Source: Octopus sinensis (taxonomy: Eukaryota). From it: a stretch of DNA of 64,000 bases. The translations under genes and the position numbers were made by a program. Shown here piece by piece: positions 13,830 through 25,300 of this stretch (the stretch's first letter is position 1; the number at the start of each line of letters is the position of its first letter). The stretch lies in NCBI RefSeq assembly GCF_006345805.1, contig NC_042998.1, positions 58,032,001-58,096,000 of the forward strand. Direction: 5' to 3'. The notes under the pieces were generated by a model. The model made no database searches and was not told the DNA's origin. It was given only the letters and a program-made list of their open reading frames with translations.

Positions 13830-13990
13830 GAGTTTCCTTGCGGTTTTCATTTACAAAATTTTACTCGCAAGCCTTCGACCGACTAGAAGCTAGGCAGAAA
13901 CCACTTGTCCAGTGTAACATATAAGGAAATGGAACGGAAAGAACATAGTTACAAAGCAGTATTCTTAGCTACGCAGTCCTACCTGCACCC
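13830..13990 (-). mobile_element. SINE family A head fragment, diverged
   Basis: tttcatttacaaaattttactcgcaagcc...ccacttgtcc...cttagctacgcagtcctacctgcacc aligns loosely to the family A 5' region. Confidence 0.5.
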
Positions 13991-14848
13991 ATTAAAAAGT
14001 ATTTGGTTATGCTGAGATAATTTTTACTAATCGTGTTACGCTATACCTAGCACTTATAAACAAAAGTCAAAATAACAGAAAGTGATATACATTCATTTCA
14101 TAAGATTCAAACAAAAGCACCTTTAGTCTTCAGAGCTGAGTAGTGGAAGGGAAAAATTATGAAGTGTCGTGTGAGAGAGTTTCAATTTTGTAGCTAAGTC
14201 ATTTAATTTCTGTCATTGTAACAACTCCTTTAGTTAATTCATAAATATATTGGTCAGAAGGCAAAAAAGAAACATAATTTGGAGTATTGTTGTTCAGCTC
14301 TAAATGATCTCCGATCGGCAAGACCTATGATCAAAAACGTTCTAGCAACAACCAACGTATCTTTTTCAGACGTGGTGTATTTAGGACCACATTAAGACTT
14401 TTAAGAGGAAGATTAATTTATCATTTCTAGTAGGTCGAACGGCCACGTAGAACTCCATCGTGCGAGATTGTCGGAAGTAGGTGATTCTAGAAAATGTTAT
14501 AGTATTTACTTTTATTTTGTACATATTCTGTTATCAAATATGTGTTTGATAAAGATAAATCAATAATCGATTGGTGGGATCTGGCAATAGCCAGTCACAT
14601 ATTTCTATGACAGGGAACAATCGATCAGATTGAATCCTGTACTCGAGTGATATTCATTTTATCGGACCTGGAAGACGGATACGTAAAGTAGGCCTCGATG
14701 GGATTCACAGACAAAGTGAATGAGACGTGACAAAATACCTGAATTAATATTGACCAGTGCCCTATTGATACAGCTACCTGGCTCTCAGTAACAGGTGGGT
14801 TAGCATAATAGTTAGAGAGTTGGATAAAATATTTTGCAGGGCTTGTGA

Positions 14849-15100
14849 AGGAATGTGCGCTAGTGGTGAGGGCGTTGTACTCATGATCTTACGATCGTGC
14901 TTTGGATTCCCTGAACGGGTGATGCGTTGTGCTCTTGAGCAACTTACTTTATTTCACGTTGCTCCAGTCTACTCAGTTATACATGAGTAAATCTACGGTG
15001 AACTGGCTTCCCGTTCAGGGGAACGTTGTTATCTCAGTCACTTATGCGTCATGGAAACCAGGTAACTAGTCGTATGGGCTCCGGGACTCGAGACGGTAAT
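14849..15100 (+). mobile_element. SINE family C, alternative-tail variant
   Basis: tagtggtgagggcgttgtactcatgatc...cttgagcaacttactttatttcacgttgctccagtctactcag...atgagta, then a tail (gaactggcttcccgttcagggg...catggaaaccagg) different from the 4901 copy. Confidence 0.7.
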
Positions 15101-18100
15101 GTCCGGAGGTCGATATTGATGTTGATGATGACGACTATGATGATGATGATGATGATGATGGTGGTGACTGTTTCTTCAAGTTCTTTTACGTTCTGAATTC
15201 TGATGCTGCCGAGGTCAACTTCGATTTCTGTGTTCGATAAATCGAAGTAGTAGTCAACTACCGGAGTTGATGTAAACAACTCTTTCCTTCTGTTTCTTTC
15301 TTTTCCCCTACAAAAATTGAGGTCTTTCCACTATGTGCGAAATCAAAATTAATGAAGAGAATAAAGCCGAGCAAAATACTTACGTTTTAAATTCAAATTC
15401 CGTTTCCATCATTTCGGGGTCGATTAAATAAATACCAGATGTAATCAACTTATCCTCCCCTCGAATTTTCTAGTCGTATTAGTTGGGTAGTAAATTCTGT
15501 CCTGGTCATTCCAAATCATGACCATAGGTTTGATTCTAAGTTTAAATCATTTAAATATACTCTTTTCCCTAACTCCATTATAAGATTCATTAATATATCA
15601 AATTCCTATCTCTTTTCAATCTAAATGAGCATGTGAGAAACCAAATCAAATTTCAGTAATATCTTAACATCGACTTGAAGCACTGCTTTAAAATATAAGC
15701 GGAGATAATTATGAAAGACACCGCAATATTGAAAAATAAAAACAAATACATAAATCTATTGCAAATTTTTACTTCAATAAATTCTAATCATGAAATTAAC
15801 AATATACGATCTAATGTTTAAAATAAATGCAAAAATTCAGCATTTCAATTTAAAATATTTCATTTTATGATGAGCTGATTAAAGCCAAAATACTGCATAT
15901 TTTTATTTAGCAATTTCTTTAGAATCGCAATGGCTTTCATTACATATATTGGTTTATATTTCATTAGTTCAAAGCGTTTAGTCTCTATTTAAATTTCCTT
16001 TCCTTTTTTGTTTTGCTTCTGATCATGTCCCTTTAATATGATAGTTTGTTTTTATATCATGTTATATCATCCTTACTGTAAAAATGATAATAATCGCAGT
16101 CACATTCTTTGAGTAATATTCTTTATTAACTTTCAAATTTTACTTCATATTCCATCGAATTAGAGCTGTTTTGCACTATACTTCCTTTTTACGGGGAGAA
16201 AAATATACTAAAGTTTCTATGTCGAATGATTATATCTTTAAACTTTAAGATATAAAATACTATTTGAAGGTTGTTAAAAATACAAACATGAAAAAAAATT
16301 ACAAACAAATTTTCTTTCGGTTAACAGTTTGCTAAGTACAGAATCGTTAGAACGACGGACAAAATCACTTGCAATATTTAGTCCGGATCTCTACATTTTT
16401 CTTTCAAATTTCGCCGGGATTACGGTATTTACTTAAGCTTTACATTTTAACTTGAAATAGAATCGTAGTAGATATTATCTTTCATGCTTTCAGTAGAATA
16501 AAATATAGAACCATTCAAGTACCGGATGTGATACATTTGACAAACATTCCCCACTAATATATAGACTTGGGCATATGTTAGATGATATTATTATTAAAAA
16601 GTGTTGTAGATGGTAGACTTTGATACTTTGTACCACTTGATTGCCTTCTTTAACGTTGTAAGCAGAATTTAACTCTGAAGACAACAGCTGATTTCATTAT
16701 TCCGGTGTAGTCGATGGATTAAGTCCCATTAAATTACTGCAACTATTCTATTTATTACATTCCATTCTCAATGATGTCTTAGAAAAAAACAACATCTTTG
16801 TTAGAAGAGTTACGTGATAAGTTCACTCAAGTTCGTTCGTAGCTGGGCTGTAAAAGTTCAAGCAAAGAAGAAAAACTGCAACACTTCGAAGAAGTCATAG
16901 CAACAAACCACACGGCTTTACCGCCACCGCTCCTTCTCTAAGATAATTATCAGAAATGTAAACTGGGTATCGATGTAACCCTGACTCCCAAAGTGCAACC
17001 GATTATTTTAGAACCTCACCAAAAATATCTCTACCAACTTGGCAAATCCTCCTTTACTCTACTTCTTAGTGATGACGGCTCTGTAAGCCGTATTTCTGAG
17101 GAAGATGCCACTACATATACTGCCTGCTTTGTATCCTATACATTAGATCCTCTAGAATTACCCCTCTGTGTACCAGCGGGATACTAATAAGTACATATTG
17201 ACATCAATTTCCAAAGTGAATCAGTGTCTCCGGTGGCTTTATATTAACAAAGATATATATTCTACCTTTTATTTCCTCAAACATTATAATTATTAGTTAG
17301 ACTCTGTTTCCGCCAAACTCTCAATCATTGTCTTTCTACAACAAAATATCCTAATATTTTGAAACGCGCTCCATAGTTCCTACACTTTGATATAACTATC
17401 AATTTGTCGCTCTCATTTTCAACATCTCAGAAGAGATAGAAAAATCAATAACAATTATAACAACGACAATTTTCAGCATCATGACTCCGTTGACCTTCAG
17501 TGTAGCTTTCGTAGTTCTGACCCTCGATTTTGGGAAATTTATTGCAAACAAAGTTGCTTCAATTGACATCAATAAAGCATCCATCCCACTCTAGCATGCA
17601 CGTTTTCTAGCTAAAATGCCTACCTCTGGTTCCCACCTGTTTCTCGTTGCTTGAATCGAATGATTCCTGACAGATTTTTGTCGTCTGAAGGATCGCATGT
17701 TGCGAGGGTATCTGAGTAGAGACATATTGAAACAACCGGACGTCTCTACTATTAAACACCGTTAAAATAGACAATATGTTTTGTTTTTTAACTTTGCTTT
17801 TGTTTGTTTGCCGAAATAACGTAGGACTGAAAACAATTAAATGAATCCGAGAGAAAAATTGAAACTAAATGCTATGCGTGTACAAAAGAAAATAGCTAGT
17901 GGGTTGGATAGTGAGAGACTTCAAATAAAGAAGAATACAACATGATGCAGGGATAAAGTAGATGAATTTGACAATAATTGAAGTTAAGAAACACTTAACA
18001 TTTATGGAGAAATTCCTCTGACTCAGTGAGAGAGTATATGTGAATGTATGCATGCATGTACCTACGTACATACGTATGTATGCATGTATGCATGTATGTG

Positions 18101-19179
18101 TGTATGTATATAGGTGTACAAATATGTGTGTTCTAAATGCGATAGCTATTATCATCGCTAGAGCTTCCCGCAAGCAACTACTAGCTTTCTTATTAGATTT
18201 TCTCGTCATTTGGTGCATAGAAACATTGCTAGATGTTTAGATCTCGCGGAGAATTTCAGTATTTTGGAGTACGAGTAACAGCCAATGAGGTGCTCTCCGG
18301 CTGGTAACCGGTTACGTCTCAATAGAGCTTAGGGAGACAAACTTATTTAGGTACTTAGATGTCTTTTTTGGAGGTCCTCCGCTCATAATTGAGCCATAAC
18401 TGTATCTTAGGTGCACATTATGAGTGTGAGTGGAAATTACAAAAAAAAAAACAAAAAAAACCACATTTAACAATCTGACCAGATATCGAAATGTGATGTG
18501 GAATTACTCATATCCAAATCATATCTGAATAGTCATCAGATTGGAGGATAAAGACAGTATCTATATTTTCAGAAAGTTAGCTATAGAGACGATAGCAATT
18601 TTTAAAATACCGTCAACTTAGGTAGGGCGTGTACAATGCCTGATTAACTGAAACTGAATTCTCTGTTTCTCGAACGGAAAGCCTACGATGATTAAATTAG
18701 TGATCTAGGTGAGAGAAAACTGATGAAGTTATTATAAATAATAAATGATAGGTGAATTTAAAACGGAAAATTAGATGAGAATTGTTTAGCTTCAGAAAGG
18801 AACTAAACAGAAAATATTACATAAGAAACTATTTTTAGTTGATGTAGCACGTATGAAGTACAAAATGGCAAGCATAACAGTGAGATACTTCCTTTTTACG
18901 ATTGTTAAACATGGAAGGTTAAACATGGGACTTAAAGAGTAATGTAACCTGCAGGATGGTTTTCAATAACAGAACTCTAATGAGAGTAAAATGAAAATAA
19001 AAACATTGACGGCCTACTTTCCGACTTTAGGCTTAAGAGTATTTTCTACCTTCTTTCCACCGAACTTTAATCGAAGTTGGGAACTCCAAAGTCAGCTATC
19101 GAGCTTAAAATAAACGGACATGGTGAAGACAATAATTCAAACACAGTATATGTATATGCATATATACATACATATATAT

Positions 19180-19250
<71 letters not shown>

Positions 19251-19554
19251 TGATAATTTCCAATAGAATGAAATCATGTGATATGCTTTTTTTATGCCTA
19301 CAACGCCTATATGAGACTCTCTCGAGGCTAATAATATAGTATTCGGCGTTCCAAGAAGACATCCACATTAATTTGGATATAACACAACCCATCAGGTATT
19401 TTGTTGTCAGAACATTTTTACATGATCTGGAATTTTTTTCATACGCTGAATCCCCAAATGTAATCAATATTTCACAATCGAGTTTAGTTTTCAAGACGCT
19501 CAAAACCCACAATTTTCGCAATTTTCCTCATTTTCCAGAAAAATGCTTTGTTTA

Positions 19555-19771
19555 CACATGAAATATCCATGCTTTTTATGTATTTGGGACAGCAACAACA
19601 GGGGAAAATGGTCTCAGCAAACATTACTTCCAGAGTCTTTTAATGTGGTTGAAGAGCCTTTGGCTCAACCCGGAAAACAATCATCCTTCCTTTATCCGTA
19701 TCAGACTTGGCATTATGGAGCAGTTTGTTAAAGTTCTGGATAAAGATGAGCCATGCTTTATCTGTATTTGT
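19555..19771 (+). mobile_element. DNA transposase fragment, Chapaev3 (CMC superfamily)-like
   Basis: Translates as KYPCFLCIWDS...FNVVEEPL..., then after a frameshift IILP..RIRLGIMEQFVKVLDKDEPCFICIC. This matches the recalled motif K.PCFLC.WDSR...NV..EPLV...ILPPLHIKLGLMKQFVKALD. Superfamily assigned from memory. Confidence 0.65.
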
Positions 19772-21573
19772 AGTGATGCATTACGACTGTTTCCAGCGAC
19801 TCCATGCAGATAATACCGGAGTGACGTGGTGCTTCAACTTAAGTACTTAACTCAACTGAATTTCAGTATATATATATATACGCGCGTGCATGTGTGTGTA
19901 TTCCGTGGACCGCTCCAAGGAATATCAAAAATATTATTTTACTACCAACCAACACTCCTTGAGAATGTCTCGCGATGATGTAGATGATGATTCTCAATTA
20001 TTGGTGAAACTACGACGTTTGTATATATTTCTGGACGATTAGCAGTTGTTGTTTGTTGTCCTTTGTGAGATATGCTTTGCTAATGACCAATTCTTTGACT
20101 ATACTATTGGGACTGGATTAGGGACTTAGGTGATATTTGAGAGGAAACAACCATCAAGAACTAGTAGTGTGATGCTCTGAAGAGGGCGATTAGATCAGAA
20201 TCGATAGCATTTAGTGAAAATATTAGCGCAAAATTAAATAACTTAGTGGCGATTTAGTTAAAAATCTAGAATAGCCTATTACTAACGGCATGACGATTTT
20301 TCGTGCTAGCGGTGAGAAAGGAACTAGATATTACTTCAGTGCAATACATGATGGTTGCGTTCCCAGAGCTATTGTTATTACATTAAAACCCCATAATACA
20401 AAAACTGTCTGACAAGTCCGAGAGGCTGATGCACGACGTAGCAAGAAAGACGTGATCATGCATTTGACATTGCCGAAAAGGGGCAAACGCGAGTTACATT
20501 GCTACATTCGGATGTGTGTAGCTGCTTGAAGCCCTTGCTCATCTACTTAGAACGGTAATGGATCGGTAATGGTAACTGATATTAGCACCTACCTCAATTA
20601 TTTGCTACGGCTCTCAGCGGCTCAATCAAGACCCTATTTGAGTGGTTGAAATTTGAGAGGTGGTGAGCTATAGCCAAATTTAGGAGGTGAGCGGTAGCAA
20701 AAGCTGCAAAACATTCTGCTTGAATACCATCTCTATGAGTTTTACAAATATAATACCGGACTTGTCAAGCAACTTCTTGATAGATGTCTACTGTAATTGG
20801 CAACAAAACAGGACAAATCCTAATGCTGTGAACCGGAAAGAAACTCTACTAAGAACAGATGCTCACGAGAAAATATCGTATATAACATTTGACCGAATAA
20901 CTCTGCTGAACGATGAGTTTGAGATTCGGCCAAGGACTTAACGAAAATTCTAGCCCTTTTCAATTTGTGCATGACATCTTGCTTATCTATGTTGTTTCTG
21001 AAGTATCGTATTCTGATTTGTTGATGTACGCACCTAGTATAAATCCTTTGTCTCTTTTTTTTTTAACACACCTTTCTTTAGACATTAAGACGATTTCTGA
21101 TTTCGATAGTCTTCACTATTTTGAAGAACCTTCGATGTAAGTTTTTCTTACTGTAATGATATTTTCTAGCTCCGAGAACTTCACTTTATTCTCTTCCCTC
21201 AATTGGGGAAAGAGAATAAATTTCTATTCTTACTACTACCAAAATCACTCTTCGCTGTCAGTAACCTATTCTCTCAACCTCTCCATTTCTCCCAGTTTTC
21301 TACACTTATGAATCCGCTACTTTTATTCCTTTGCTGAAATATAAAATCTGTCGATATCTGCCTGTAAGGTTCCGTAAATTGACGGCAATTTCACTGTTTA
21401 TCTACCTTTGTGAATTTGATTTTCCGGCGCCATACCTGATGAGATGGCTACGGCTTTTACGTGCATGTTAGTGATGGATTCCTACAGTTCTGCTTAAATT
21501 TTAGTATTATCCTAACCCTTCAAATGTATACGCTCCTGATTTTCTTTTGGTTCTGTTACAATATTATTATTAT

Positions 21574-21963
21574 CACTGTTGTTTACTTTTAATCTGTATG
21601 TTTGATGCAATCGCTTGCTGGGATATACTCAGCGCCCTAGGGCAAGTGAAAGTTAAGAAATGTTGAAATATAACTGAATGCTTGGCAAACGAACGTGGTG
21701 AGAGCAGTAGAAAAATACCTCCAGATAATACAGCACAAACATTTACATTGATAGAGCTTTTCTAAGTATAGGAGCAGCACTTGTCAGCAGAATCTTTTGG
21801 ATTTCCTTGAGACACGGTTCTCCTGGAATGTTGACTAAATGCTTATGGCATCCCCTTTTTTTATCATACCTATAATAACAGGAACAGTTTTCGCTTTATG
21901 TTTCCTCATCTTTTGTATTTCAATTTCCAGGTCCTTATACTCCTGTACATAAAGGAATTTACA
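21574..21963 (-). mobile_element. 5'-truncated R4/Dong-clade LINE, family 2 (C-terminus and 3' UTR)
   Basis: Minus strand: EYKDLEIEIQKMRKHKAKTVPVIIG..MIKKG..KHLVNIPGEPCLKEIQKILLTSAAPILRKALSM*. The 3' UTR ends in (TAA)n at 21562-21573. Confidence 0.8.
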
Positions 21964-21971
21964 TATTATTA

Positions 21972-22035
<64 letters not shown>

Positions 22036-22066
22036 TATTATTAACATTATTATTATCATTATTATT
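21964..22066. repeat. (TTA)n/(TAA)n microsatellite between two R4/Dong elements
   Basis: About 100 bp of near-perfect tta repeat. Confidence 0.95.
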
Positions 22067-22702
22067 CAGTAGTTTTATTTTTATAGCGTGCTTTAACTTC
22101 ACTACCGAGCGCAGCTCTGTGTGCCTTAGGTATGTGCTGTGATTTGTTGTGATGCTCTAATGGTTATTGTATGGAAAGTATTCTGCGTAGGATGTGTGCA
22201 GTGCCTAGTAGTGCAATTTTCTGTATGTTATGTGTTTGTAAGTCCTGGTGTTTTTGTTAGTATTTGTCTGAATATTTTTTTATCATGCCTAGGAATTGTT
22301 TCTGTTTTTAGATTCCACATTCTGGTTACCTCTATTTCCAGATCTTTGTATTTTGAAAGTTTCTTCATTTCTTTTAGAGAAACGTTGTCATCTGCCGGTA
22401 TTGATACATCAATTAGAAAGCATTTTTTTTCTTCATGATCTCTGACAACTATATCTGGTCTGTTGGCCTTAATTTCTCTATCTGTGTGTATCGGCATATC
22501 CCAGAGTATGGTTGCTTTCTCGTTTTCTGTGACCTTTTCTGGTGTGTGCCTATACCATCTTTTTTCTGTTGTTATTCCATAATGTTGGCATAGCTTCCAG
22601 TGTATGTAGGTTCCAAATCTGTCATGTCTGTGAATATATTCCTTCTTAGCCAGGACTGGGCAGCCAGAGATAATATGATAGATGTCTACTGTAATTGGCA
22701 AC
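22067..22702 (-). mobile_element. 5'-truncated R4/Dong-clade LINE, family 1 (CCHC remnant and restriction-like endonuclease)
   Basis: ORF 22228-22701: HIISGCPVLAKKEYIHRHD...IHWKLC...WDMPIHTDREIKANRPDIVV...LIDVSIP.D.N...KLSKYKDLEIEVTRMW, then QKIALLGTAHILR in another frame. This is the PD-(D/E)xK RLE signature. Flanked on both sides by (TAA)n. Confidence 0.9.

Positions 22703-22751
<49 letters not shown>
22703..22751. repeat. (TTA)n microsatellite at the 5' junction of the R4/Dong element
   Basis: Perfect tta repeat. Confidence 0.95.
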
Positions 22752-23291
22752 GAGTGAGAGAGTAGTGCATGCCATCAAAGTGACCCTAGGATACAAATAT
22801 ACGAAGCCCAATATACCAATTATGACTACCCGTCTGATAAGGACACACCAGGTACATGCATCACAAACATACGTACATGACATGATCTCATATCTAAATA
22901 AACAGTGTATGACCTTGCAGGAGGGGCCCAGTTAGAATTTTCTACAGGTTGAATAGCCCATCTCACTCAAAAGATTCATGAATAACAGTTATTTCATGAC
23001 GATGAACGAAACACCCATGTTTCCAAATGTGATTTATTCAAACCCCAAAGAATTCCTCTCCACACATGGCTATGATGCTCACGATCAGTGATGCAAATAT
23101 CGTCAGCCACCAAGAAACATGCTCAACTGGTTAAGATCAAACAACTGACAAGCAAATCTGTAGTATTGAGCTGAATATTTGCTGAAGTCCATCGTTTATA
23201 CCAAGACAAAGCATATACATGATAACACGTTTAATCAGTTAAGATCAGAAGCCATGAGAGCCACTACCTTATACTGCACCAGGTCATTATT

Positions 23292-23292
23292 T

Positions 23293-23337
<45 letters not shown>
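23292..23337. repeat. (GTA)n microsatellite
   Basis: gtagtagtag... run, trailing into gca variants. Confidence 0.9.
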
Positions 23338-25089
23338 ATAGTGGTAGCAGCAGCAGAGGTAGCATTTTCTAATTGTGTATTTCTCGTGTCTCAGCACGAG
23401 CGTTCTTTCACAAATCCCCGTAATTCCTCAATTGCGGTCATCATGGCGTGATGTTGCAGTGTCTTTTCCATTCTCTTTCTGAGAAAGAAGCAGTCCATCT
23501 AAGAACTAACATTTAGGCAGTATGCTTTATTTTTATTTTTGAAATAAATTAGTTTCTATTCTCATAACCACTATTACTTCGTTCCCAAACGACCATTGGC
23601 ATTTCCTAGATAACATAGTTTAATATATTCTTGCAAATATGAGACAATTTGTCTATATATAACTACTTAACAGCGTTATCTAGTACATCGATTTTTAAAC
23701 TGAAAATTGCCTCAGTGAGATAAATCTTTTCTTGAGAAATGAAATATGAGCAAACGGTTCATGTGGTTAATGTAATTGGTAATTGGAAATTGATGGAACG
23801 ATACCATGCTTTTATTTATTATATTTTATCAAAAATGCTTACAAGTCTGACGAGCACCCGAATTAGTTTTACGATTTATAGATACCAACGTTTCATCGTT
23901 TGACCAAGCCACGCGATCAAACACTCTTTTGTCTAGACTAATACACCCAAGAGGGAATTAATCAGTTATTGTCGATGATTTTTTAAAAGACTGTTTGTTG
24001 TCGTTTGGGGTCAATTTAGTTGGTAATTTTAGCAGGTCAAGTGAGGGACTGGAATTAGGCTCGTTCGTTGATTCGAATGGTCCACCGGTTGTTTCTGACA
24101 TGAACACCTAAATTTACCCCCACGCAGTTCGGTATGTTCTAACTAAGCATTATGGATAGAAATAATTTATGTATCCCGAAAACCGGAACAGTGTATAACT
24201 AATATTTGTTTTTAGATTTTAAAACCAAGTTCAGTTTGTACTATATAAAGGAGTTTATTTATAGCATATTATAACTGAAGGCACATCTATACGAGTAAAT
24301 TAGAGTTATTTTATAAAATTTCGTTTAGTGGGTAGTATTTTGATTTGAAATCGGAAATATATCATGGGATTTTATTCGAGAGTTTATAATGAATTTACTC
24401 AACGACTCATAACTTGTGTAAATAAGACATAGATTAAGAGAGAAATATCATGGCGAATGAAAGGGGTCTGTGTAGGTTAATTAAATCGTTGTAAAAGTTA
24501 ATCAATCGTTCCAATTTGAGAGGAGTTTTCCTAATGAATATTGTACATACATGCACAATAAGGATATAAGCATAATAGATAAGGTTATCTCAAGTACCAT
24601 GCTATTTTTCAGTTTAGAAACATTTTGCATTACTACTTAGGATGTTACAATTTTGCATGTTTTGCCTATTAGGGAATATAGCCCCAAACTGCCAGAATAA
24701 GGAAATATATACATTGAATCTTGCGGGCCAAATAGCCTGTATATGGTCACATGGTCTGCTTTGCTAACAAAAGCATTAAAATCTCACTCTAATTAAATCT
24801 GCATCGTTCTGAGAAAACATGGATACATTGGATATCACAAAATAGGGTGATCGCAATGGAATGCTTTCGATGATAGATTTGCTTAAAAAGGGGTTGATTT
24901 AGCTCTAAATAACAGCAGTATATCGTACAGTAATGTGTCGAAAAATATACTATCCGATTGTATTTACTCATTTGTAGCTCACTAGTTCAACTGGGTCCTT
25001 CGAATTAATTGTGGTTAGCAGAAATGAATGAATACGAACATGATTCACTTAGCTTAGAATTCTGGCAGCCTGACGACTCGATCAGCTGC

Positions 25090-25300
25090 AACCTTGGCAG
25101 AATGGTTAAAACGTTACAAAAAATGGCGCGTGTAATTTTTCTGATCGCTTACGTTCTGAGTAAAAATTCTCCATGGTCAACTTGCCGTTCATCCTTTCGG
25201 AGTTAATGAAATAAAGCACCAGGCATGTACTCGGTCGATGTAATCGGCTAATACTTTCCACTCGAAGCTACCAGTCTGTATCTAAATAAGGAACCATTAT
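25090..25300 (+). mobile_element. SINE family N (Deu/Nin-type domain), diverged, tail type B
   Basis: ttggcagaatggttaaaacg...ttacgttctgagt...ggtcaacttgccgttcatcctttcggagttaatgaaataaagcaccag...ggtcgatgtaatcggcta. Confidence 0.65.

Noticed and set aside
16790-17260. Possible Gypsy integrase remnant (NKYILT-like)
   Set aside because: Only one short motif, with no ordered HHCC/DDE residues or LTRs visible.
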